Shown piece after piece: positions 17,660 through 24,540 of a stretch of 24,540 nucleotides of DNA. The notes beneath the pieces were generated by a model. The model did not search any database, was not told the origin of the DNA, and worked only from the letters and a program-made list of their open reading frames with translations. The position numbers and the translations under genes were made by a program. Positions within the stretch are counted from its first letter, which is position 1; every line of letters begins with the position of its first letter. The stretch covers positions 1-24,540 of the forward strand of contig PRDJ01000043.1 of assembly GCA_003345555.1 (NCBI GenBank), given 5' to 3'. The stretch is from Candidatus Thorarchaeota archaeon (GTDB lineage: Archaea; Asgardarchaeota; Thorarchaeia; Thorarchaeales; Thorarchaeaceae).

Positions 17660-17850
17660 GCCATATCACCCCAATCTAGATTGCCTTGTTGTTTCCGAAT
17701 TAGCTGCTTGCCAATCGTAAGTAAAGACTGCTTCCTGGAAGACCTCGATGTGCCGCAGGGATTCAATAACCTTGGAGGCCCACATGAACTCACTCTGAAT
17801 TTGCGCCGAACGGCTCGATTCTATCTCCTCGAATAGGGCTAGACCGTTCC

Positions 17851-17904
17851 ATATATACAAAACGATTTATCGGACAGTCTTCACTTTAATTGGAACATTA
17901 AGTG
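17851..17904. promoter_or_regulatory. Back-to-back TATA-like elements of the divergent GH94 pair, plus imperfect palindrome
   Basis: TATATA-like element at about 17851-17856 (for the minus-strand gene) and CAAAACG+ATTTATC at about 17858-17871 (for the plus-strand gene). CACTTTAAT-TGGAAC-ATTAAGTG lies at 17882-17904. Confidence 0.4.
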
Positions 17905-17975
17905 GAGAGAATCGATTCAGCTTCGAATCTGGGACTCAGAAAACAGACCACATGCCACGGCAGGAGAGGTGCTGA

Positions 17976-20333
17976 ATGAAATACGGCTATTTTGATGACG
18001 CAAGAAAGGAGTATGTAATAACCAATCCTGCGACACCTACCCCATGGATTAACTATCTAAGCAACAGTGAGTACTGCGCCATGATTTCCAATACGGCAGG
18101 GGGATACAGCTTCCACATAGACCCGAAAGATAGAAGGATTCTCCGGTACAGGTACAACAACTTGCCGCCAGACAGACCAGGTAGATACCTGTACGTTAGA
18201 GACAACAAGACAGGGAAGTATTGGTCTCCAACATGGCAACCAGTTCCCAAGAAACTTAGCACATATGAGTGCAGACATGGGCTCGGGTATACAAGAATCT
18301 CATCTTCGTACGACGGTGTCGAAGCTGAGGCTACATACTTTGTGCCCTTGGATGAGAACTTGGAGATTTGGATGCTGACCTTGAAAAATGCTGCCAGCCA
18401 AGAAAAAGAGTTGACCGTCTTTTCATATGCTGAGTTTTGTCTCTGGCATGCAGACCGTGACCAGAATGACCTCCAATCGATTCAAGGAGTGGGTGTGGCT
18501 AAGTATGAGGAAGGAGTTGTCTTCCATCACTTCTTCGATCTAAGCACTGGATATGCTTTCTTCTTCTCAAGTGGCAAAGTGACAGGATATGATTGCAGTA
18601 GAGAGGAGTTCATTGGGCCCTATCGATCCGAATCCAATCCTTTAGCTGTCGATAGGGGCCAATGCTTTGACTCCGGAAGTCTTGGGGGCAATCCTATAGC
18701 CGCTACCAGCAATCCCGTGAGATTGTCTCCCGGACAAGCAGAGACAATAATCTTCGTTCTAGGTGTGGCAAAAGAGAAACCCGAAGCTAAGAAGTGCATC
18801 CAGAAACTCAGACAAAAGAGCGCTGTGGACAAGGAGTTCCGGAGGCTAGGCGAGTACTGGGACACTTTTCTCGCCAAATTCACAGTGGATACTCCAGACA
18901 AAGAATTCGATTCACTCGTTAGTGTTTGGAATCAGTATCAGTGCAGGACAACCTTCGACTGGTCCAGATACGTTTCTTTCTATGAAACAGGCATAGGAAG
19001 AGGAATGGGTTTCAGAGACTGCAATCAGGATACGTTAGGTGTGGTTCACGCTATCCCCGAAAGGGTGCGCAGGCGCATCCTTGATCTCACCAAGAATCAA
19101 TTCAAAGATGGCCATGCCTACCACATCTACTATCCTCTCACCGGGGAGGGAGGCTTCCCCAACTACGCAAAAGAAAAGATGCGATTCTTTAGCGACGATC
19201 ACCTTTGGTTGATTCTTTCGGTCTGTGAGTATATCAAAGAGACAGGAGACTTGGCCATTCTAAGCGAGAATGTCAACTTCGTCGACGGCTCAAGTGCCAG
19301 CCTGTATGAGCACCTGAAAAGGGCGCTGGACTTCACGCTTGGCACGATGGGAAGTCATGACTTGCCTCTCTTGGGCACCGCTGACTGGAATGATCCCTTA
19401 AGCTTGCCCGGCCCCAACGATGCCGCAGAGAGTGTGTTCGTAGCGATGCTATTCCATAAGGTTCTACTGGAACTTAGCGAACTCTGCAAAGAGCACAGCC
19501 ATGATGAAGACAGCAAAAGGTATGTGACCATAGCTGAAAAGACGAAAGCGCACGTGAATGAAATCGCGTGGGACGGGAACTGGTACATACGTGCGTTTGA
19601 CGACTCGGGAAACCCCGTAGGGAGTTCAAAATGCACGGAGGGCAAGATATACATCAACACTCAATCGTGGGCTGCAATCAGCGAAATCGCTACAAAAGAA
19701 AGAGCTATACAATGCATGGACTCGGTGAGAGAATATCTGGACACCGAATACGGTTTGATGCTTCTTGCTCCGCCCTACTCAACATTCCGTCCCGACATAG
19801 GAGCGCTTAGCAGCTATGTTCCCGGGTTGAAGGAAAATGCGTCCATCTGGAGTCACGTTAATGCCTGGGCGATTATAGCAGAATGCATTCTCGGGCGCGG
19901 GGATCAAGCCTACGAGTACCACAAGAAGATCTCTCCTCCTGCAAAGAACAGAATAGCTGAGATCCACAGAGCCGAGCCATACGTCTATGCTCAAACAATG
20001 GCCGGCAAGAGTCACCCAGACTTCGGCGCAGCCCGCCAGTCATGGCTTACTGGAACTGCATCATGGATGATGAAGACTGCTACAAATTGGATTCTGGGCA
20101 TAAGACCACAATACCACGGATTGCTGGTGGACCCATGCATACCAAAGATCTGGCCGAAATTCACTGTCACTCGTCATTTCCGAGGAGCCAGTTATGAGGT
20201 CAAAGTTGAAAATCCGCATCGTGTGTCAAAGGGAATAGAGGATGTAAGAGTAGACAACAGAAGGCTGGAGACAAGCGTCTTGCCTGCGTTCGCTGATGGA
20301 AAGAAGCACGTAGTGGCAATCACTATGGGATGA
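17976..20333 (+). CDS. Second GH94 glycoside phosphorylase, most similar in motifs to short (CepB-type) cellodextrin phosphorylase
   Basis: [75 protein letters not shown], catalytic ADWND, KENASIWSH and SWLTGTASW. SD GAGGTG is at 17966-17971. GH94 membership is secure; the substrate is inferred. Confidence 0.85.
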   Translation: MKYGYFDDARKEYVITNPATPTPWINYLSNSEYCAMISNTAGGYSFHIDPKDRRILRYRYNNLPPDRPGRYLYVRDNKTGKYWSPTWQPVPKKLSTYECRHGLGYTRISSSYDGVEAEATYFVPLDENLEIWMLTLKNAASQEKELTVFSYAEFCLWHADRDQNDLQSIQGVGVAKYEEGVVFHHFFDLSTGYAFFFSSGKVTGYDCSREEFIGPYRSESNPLAVDRGQCFDSGSLGGNPIAATSNPVRLSPGQAETIIFVLGVAKEKPEAKKCIQKLRQKSAVDKEFRRLGEYWDTFLAKFTVDTPDKEFDSLVSVWNQYQCRTTFDWSRYVSFYETGIGRGMGFRDCNQDTLGVVHAIPERVRRRILDLTKNQFKDGHAYHIYYPLTGEGGFPNYAKEKMRFFSDDHLWLILSVCEYIKETGDLAILSENVNFVDGSSASLYEHLKRALDFTLGTMGSHDLPLLGTADWNDPLSLPGPNDAAESVFVAMLFHKVLLELSELCKEHSHDEDSKRYVTIAEKTKAHVNEIAWDGNWYIRAFDDSGNPVGSSKCTEGKIYINTQSWAAISEIATKERAIQCMDSVREYLDTEYGLMLLAPPYSTFRPDIGALSSYVPGLKENASIWSHVNAWAIIAECILGRGDQAYEYHKKISPPAKNRIAEIHRAEPYVYAQTMAGKSHPDFGAARQSWLTGTASWMMKTATNWILGIRPQYHGLLVDPCIPKIWPKFTVTRHFRGASYEVKVENPHRVSKGIEDVRVDNRRLETSVLPAFADGKKHVVAITMG

Positions 20334-20397
20334 GTCCGATTTGTCGATGAGTCTCTATTAGGACGAGATGACCAGCTGCATTAGGCTATCGTTGGCT

Positions 20398-21771
20398 TCA
20401 ATGCTTGTTGCCTACTAGAGTTGCTGCATGTTTCTTGTATTCATTCAATGTCTTGGCTGTTATTCCATTGTTCATGATAATGTCTCTGTAGACGTATGCG
20501 CTTGGTCGGCTTTTGCGTTTCAGTGTCTTGTAGTCTACCTCGACCAGCCCGAATCTTTTGTTGAATCCAGAGTTCCACTCAAAGTTGTCCATAAGCGACC
20601 AGTAGTAGTATGCCCGGACATCCGCTCCCAGTTCAGTAATCGCCCGGTGAACCTGTTCAAGGTGAAGGACTATGAACATTGACCTGATTTTGTCATCGTG
20701 AACTGCGGTCCCGTTTTCAGTAATGTAGATGGGTTTACCGTAGCTTTTCAACCACTTGAGGAGTTCATAGATTCCTTGTGGGTAAATCTCCCAACCCATG
20801 TCTGTTTCACCAAGAGAGTCTTTTCTTGGTGGTGCCGTGCTTTTATTTGGGTGATTCCTTACTCGCTCTCCAACTAGTCTACGAGTATAGTAGTTGAATC
20901 CTAGGAAATCCCACGTGTCCTCTACAGTGGGGATGAGTTCTCCTTGTCCCATCGGCGGACCGATTCTTCCCGTATCTATGGCGTCCAAGAATGATGCATT
21001 GTAGGATTGATGAAGCGAAGCCGCTTCATTTCTGTCCTCAGGTGATTCCTCGTCAAATGCTTGGAAGTAGGTCATGTCTTTGACAGTTCCCACCTTAGGT
21101 GCGTCCTTTGTACGGTTCTTGCCCAGAACGTCATGTATTGCATGGTACGCTTCCGCGTGTGCTAACAGCATATGTCTAAGCACAAGTCCGTACTTGCTTG
21201 GGTCTTTTTCACATGGGGGGAATTTGCCGTGCATATACGACATGGATGCGTAAGCCGTTGGCTCGTTTATCGCAGTCCAAATACCTACAAGGTCTCCAAG
21301 TTTCTCAGCCAAGTACGAAGTGTAGCGCCCAAAGAGCTCCACAGACCTCGAGTCAGGCCAGCCACCGCCTGCTTCCATCCATATAGGATTCGTAAAGTGA
21401 TGTAGCGTGATAAGGGGCTCCAAACCCCGCCTCCTGATGGCTTTCAAAACCATGCGATAGTGTTCGATTTCTCTGGCGTTCCATTCACCTTCTCCGGGTT
21501 CTATCCGGCTCCACTCGACTGAGAAACGGAAAGTGTTGTGCCCGAGTTCTTTTGCCAGATCGAGATCGTGTTCATACAAGTGATAGAAGTCATCCGCTCT
21601 TCCAGACACTGAGCCATCTACTATGTTACCAGGTTGCTTCTCCCATTCGGTCCACTGATTGTTGTTCCCACCCTCGGTTTGGTGCGCGGAAATTGCTGAC
21701 CCCCAAAGGAAGTCTGGTGGAAATTGTAGAAGGGGCTCCTCTTCTCTCTGGTAAGCGGGCATCTTGTCCAT
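20398..21771 (-). CDS. Glycoside hydrolase family 1 beta-glucosidase/beta-glycosidase, cytoplasmic
   Basis: FPPDFLWGSAISAHQTEG, FRFSVEWSRIEP, ITLHHF, acid/base INEP, GFNYY, nucleophile ITENG and WSLMDNFEW. It has no signal peptide. SD spacing favours ATG 21762 as the start. Confidence 0.93.
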   Translation of the reverse strand: MDKMPAYQREEEPLLQFPPDFLWGSAISAHQTEGGNNNQWTEWEKQPGNIVDGSVSGRADDFYHLYEHDLDLAKELGHNTFRFSVEWSRIEPGEGEWNAREIEHYRMVLKAIRRRGLEPLITLHHFTNPIWMEAGGGWPDSRSVELFGRYTSYLAEKLGDLVGIWTAINEPTAYASMSYMHGKFPPCEKDPSKYGLVLRHMLLAHAEAYHAIHDVLGKNRTKDAPKVGTVKDMTYFQAFDEESPEDRNEAASLHQSYNASFLDAIDTGRIGPPMGQGELIPTVEDTWDFLGFNYYTRRLVGERVRNHPNKSTAPPRKDSLGETDMGWEIYPQGIYELLKWLKSYGKPIYITENGTAVHDDKIRSMFIVLHLEQVHRAITELGADVRAYYYWSLMDNFEWNSGFNKRFGLVEVDYKTLKRKSRPSAYVYRDIIMNNGITAKTLNEYKKHAATLVGNKH

Positions 21772-21835
21772 GCCTCCAATTTCAATACGTTCAAATGCAC
21801 ATGCTATTAGGTTTGCTGCCTGAAGAAAGGAAGAC

Positions 21836-21874
21836 TATCACTTAGGAACTGAGTGATATTCCGCTTTATAGCGG
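21836..21874. promoter_or_regulatory. Candidate operator TATCACT-N9-AGTGATA adjacent to a bidirectional TATA-like element
   Basis: Perfect 7-bp IR at 21836-21842 and 21852-21858, and CCGCTTTATAGCGG at 21861-21874. The exact 12-mer AAGGAAGACTAT occurs at 21827-21838 and 21894-21905. Confidence 0.5.
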
Positions 21875-21938
21875 GTAAAAGGAAGATACATAGAAGGAAG
21901 ACTATGTCTGGTCTAGCACCAAAGACTGTGACGAAAGC

Positions 21939-22898
21939 ATGAGATTTGAGAGTCTGCCACTTAGAGAGGCCAATCTCGCAGAGCTAGCGAAGGTCAGCTA
22001 TGATGCGAGACATGATACTGTGCTATCCTACAAAGCTCGCACCATCTCTGAAGCAGCGAAGAGACTCAACGATATCGTAAGCAAGGGCAAAGAGTGCGTG
22101 GTTATCGAGGCGAGAGATGAAAGCAAAGGAACGGTCGGCGGTTTTCTCGAGCTCTTTATGATAATTCGCGGCATAGCGCAGACAGACTGGTGGCAGCCTG
22201 TTGTTTCCGTTACCAGTAGAGAGGGTAAGATTGCCCGGTGTTTGATCGAACAGGCCAAATCCTACGCGCGGGAATCAGGTCGAGACCGAATAGAGGCAGC
22301 ATTCGACATGACCACTCCGAACCAAAGGTCTCTCCTTAGAAAGTACTGGAGATGGTACAGTAGTGAGGGATTCCAGAAGGCGTCTGAGGAATTTCGCATG
22401 AGGAGTTTAATCACGGAGACTGCGCTGCACCACCGCGAGCTTCCTAGTGGTTACAGCTTGGTTTCTGCGGCGTCCGTTGACAAGGAGGAAATCAGGGACT
22501 GCTATCTCAAGTCTTTCTCAGAAAGCATGGACAGACTGATTCTATCCATGAACGCTCAACAGCGGCGAAGCACATTTGATACCTGTTTAGACCCGTCAGA
22601 TGTCATGGACCAAGAAGCGTCGCTTTGCATACAGAGAGACAGGCAAGTTGTGGCCTTTGTTCTCGTGGGGACCGAAAGAGCCGAATCTCTTATCGAACTG
22701 CTGGGTGTGGATCCAGAGTTCAGACGGCTGGGACTAGGTGGGACCATCTTAGCCGAGAGTATGTATGCCCTGCTCCACAAGGGCACAAGAGAGGTTGATA
22801 TTGAAGTCGATGTCAAAAATACCCCTGCATTGAGACTCTATAGAAAGATGGGATTTGCCCCACTGTATCGCCAAGCTTACTACTATACGAACCTCTGA
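21939..22898 (+). CDS. Tandem-domain GNAT family N-acetyltransferase
   Basis: The C-terminal domain has LLGVDPEFRRLGLG and VDVKNTPALRLYRKMGF. The N-terminal domain is a degenerate GNAT fold (QPVVS...GKIARCLIEQAKSYARESG). Confidence 0.85.
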   Translation: MRFESLPLREANLAELAKVSYDARHDTVLSYKARTISEAAKRLNDIVSKGKECVVIEARDESKGTVGGFLELFMIIRGIAQTDWWQPVVSVTSREGKIARCLIEQAKSYARESGRDRIEAAFDMTTPNQRSLLRKYWRWYSSEGFQKASEEFRMRSLITETALHHRELPSGYSLVSAASVDKEEIRDCYLKSFSESMDRLILSMNAQQRRSTFDTCLDPSDVMDQEASLCIQRDRQVVAFVLVGTERAESLIELLGVDPEFRRLGLGGTILAESMYALLHKGTREVDIEVDVKNTPALRLYRKMGFAPLYRQAYYYTNL

Positions 22899-23022
22899 TT
22901 GCTGGTACGTACAGGGGCCTATTTGTTACAGGTTCTTCTTCATCTCACGGGCTCGAACCTCAAACCCGAGCTCCTCGATTGAGCGGCGGTCTCAAGACGA
23001 ACTTGGGCCAAACAACATGATT

Positions 23023-23349
23023 TCATCCTAGCTTTCCCAGAACCGCATCCTGTGCGGCTTTCATTGCAGCGTCTTGCCTCTTACTCAGGCTTGCCGCTTG
23101 CTGCCTTATCTCGTCGAAAAGGTCTTCTCTTGACGATATTGCGCCCTCAACCAGTGCTGCTGCCGCCTCTGAGCGGCTCTTGAACGCACCTATTGCGACC
23201 AGTGAGTCAAGGATTTCAACGACTCGTTTGTTCATGCGGGCGACCACGGGTATCTCCCTATCACTTTCCTCAAACGCATCTACTTCTAGGTTCTTCAAAA
23301 CTCTCTCACGGAGTGTCTCGCGCTTTGGTTTCTCTTCCTTGTCGGACAA
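23023..23349 (-). CDS. Ribbon-helix-helix (CopG/NikR-like) DNA-binding protein with C-terminal helical extension
   Basis: IPVVARMNKRVVEILDSLVAIGAFKSRSEAAAALVEGAI fits the RHH strand-helix-helix pattern with the G.F.SRSEA motif. The start is TTG. Confidence 0.75.
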   Translation of the reverse strand: MSDKEEKPKRETLRERVLKNLEVDAFEESDREIPVVARMNKRVVEILDSLVAIGAFKSRSEAAAALVEGAISSREDLFDEIRQQAASLSKRQDAAMKAAQDAVLGKLG

Positions 23350-23434
23350 TGGTCTGACCCAAGGTGTAAGGCTGTTGAGGAGCTTTTAAGCTTACGTATC
23401 GCGTATCTTCCACACATAGCTGCATCTTACGACT

Positions 23435-23824
23435 TCATCTTTTCAGATGATCCATCGGGCGAGGCTGCGCAGATTCTACTTCGACCTTCTTCCCAACGCG
23501 CGTGACCCTGATTGCCTCAATGCTGACTGGCTGAGAGGAACTCCTGCCCAACTGATTGTGCTTTGACCATACCCAGTCAATCAGGTAGATCTCGCAAATC
23601 AACACGATTACAGCCAAACCTAGCATCGTTACAAAAGGTATCAGCGGAAGAAGGACCGCGACTGCAATTCCAGCGGTCACCTTGACGTAGGCTGTCACGT
23701 TGTGTCGAAGTTTACCCTCTTCAGCGGGTTCCTTTACAGACGTCTCCTGAGGAGTCTCCAAGCCATATTCAGTGGCAACGACGACCCCAGAGTTGCTGCT
23801 TTCACTTTCAACAGTTTGTCTCAT
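23435..23824 (-). CDS. Small hypothetical membrane protein (helical hairpin)
   Basis: Central hydrophobic stretch VTAGIAVAVLLPLIPFVTMLGLAVIVLICEIYLIDWVW. ATG 23824 is preceded by GGTGA; the track start is 23836. Confidence 0.6.
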   Translation of the reverse strand: MRQTVESESSNSGVVVATEYGLETPQETSVKEPAEEGKLRHNVTAYVKVTAGIAVAVLLPLIPFVTMLGLAVIVLICEIYLIDWVWSKHNQLGRSSSQPVSIEAIRVTRVGKKVEVESAQPRPMDHLKR

Positions 23825-23954
23825 CACTTTCACCACCCTATACGCGCTTTATGTATTGCGTATCGACAATACTACATACTCACTATCGCTATATATGCTT
23901 TGTCTCTTAGTTTAAATGCCCGTCTGAGAAATTGCGTGGACAGAGGGGCTGTGT

Positions 23955-24540
23955 ATGAAACCACTTGGGGCCATAACGAAGTATTACAGGTTCATCGATG
24001 AGGAAAGCAAATCGATATTGAATTCTCTCATGGACGAGTCGAGTAGCTACTTCGACCTCGTACAACGGCTAAGCAACGTCGTCCTTGAAGATGAAATCCC
24101 TGTCGATCTGGCCTATGTCGCGGCAGTTCAGGCCTGGTGGGCTAGAGCGGAGAAAGCCATGAACCTAATCCAAGAGAAGTACAAAGATGTGCCCTGCATA
24201 AGGCCATGGGGTTATCGTCATGCTACTGCTGAGAGTGATCAAGTAAAGTATCATAACGCTGTCGTCGAAGCTATAGAACGGGCCATGAACTCATCTCTAG
24301 CCGATTGGATGGCTACGGAGCTTCATCTTCTTCACACGTTTTTTCATTGGCCCTACCATGGAGACATCCCAAGCTGTCTTGAGCCCCTTGAGAAGGCAAA
24401 GAGCCTGATTAGTGCCGACCCTCTTCTGAATTGCTTTGAACCGTTAGTCTATGTATTCGATGGGAGTATAAGAAGAAGGGAGGGAGATGCAAAAGGCGGT
24501 CTTGTTGCTTATCAGAGAGGCTTGGAGCTTTCTGAAACGC
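23955..24540 (+). CDS. Helical-repeat (TPR-like) protein, partial (runs off the window end); absent from the ORF track
   Basis: Manual translation gives 195 open codons from ATG 23955 (GAGGGG upstream): MKPLGAITKYYRFIDEESKSILNSLMDESSSYFDLVQRL...LEKAKSLI...DAKGGLVAYQRGLELSET. It is amphipathic-helical, and TPR-like units begin near the edge. Confidence 0.75.
   Translation, partial: MKPLGAITKYYRFIDEESKSILNSLMDESSSYFDLVQRLSNVVLEDEIPVDLAYVAAVQAWWARAEKAMNLIQEKYKDVPCIRPWGYRHATAESDQVKYHNAVVEAIERAMNSSLADWMATELHLLHTFFHWPYHGDIPSCLEPLEKAKSLISADPLLNCFEPLVYVFDGSIRRREGDAKGGLVAYQRGLELSET

Noticed and set aside
15108-21845. Numerous 60-120 aa alternative-frame ORFs within the GH94 and GH1 genes
   Set aside because: They are shadow frames of long, well-supported enzyme genes.
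22949-22973. GGTTCGAGCCC on the minus strand, resembling a tRNA T-loop
   Set aside because: The flanks do not form a 5-bp T stem and no acceptor, D or anticodon arms can be built. It is only a simple hairpin in a convergent intergenic region.
1-24540. Mobile elements, defence systems, rRNA or recoded (Sec/Pyl) genes
   Set aside because: I saw no transposase, integrase, nuclease or phage motifs. No gene shows an in-frame stop with continuing homology, and all long ORFs appear intact.

Overview
A 24.5 kb gene-dense window from an archaeon, most likely a Thorarchaeia-type Asgard archaeon (an inference). The evidence is a single-OB crenarchaeal-type SSB, solute-binding proteins anchored by a C-terminal helix and rich in N-glycosylation sequons, TATA-like promoters, GGTGA/GGAGG ribosome-binding sites and a helical-repeat protein family at the right edge. 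The centre (9.0-21.8 kb) is a beta-glucoside/cellodextrin utilisation locus. It has an Opp/Dpp-type sugar ABC importer (2 permeases, 2 ATPases, then a CbtA-like binding protein), a divergent pair of GH94 phosphorylases (one clearly cellobiose phosphorylase, one resembling the short CepB-type cellodextrin phosphorylase) and a cytoplasmic GH1 beta-glucosidase. It has no regulator gene and no secreted glucanase, but palindromic candidate operators lie in its promoters. The left flank holds a partial membrane protein, a GbsR/MarR-like regulator with an FAD oxidoreductase, a Pro/Ala-repeat disordered protein head-to-head with an RGG-tailed SSB, an orphan binding protein and two genes carrying three DUF998-like modules. 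The right flank holds a tandem GNAT, a ribbon-helix-helix protein, a small membrane protein and a partial TPR-like protein. I found no rRNA, tRNA, CRISPR array or mobile element. All family calls come from motif recognition, not database searches.
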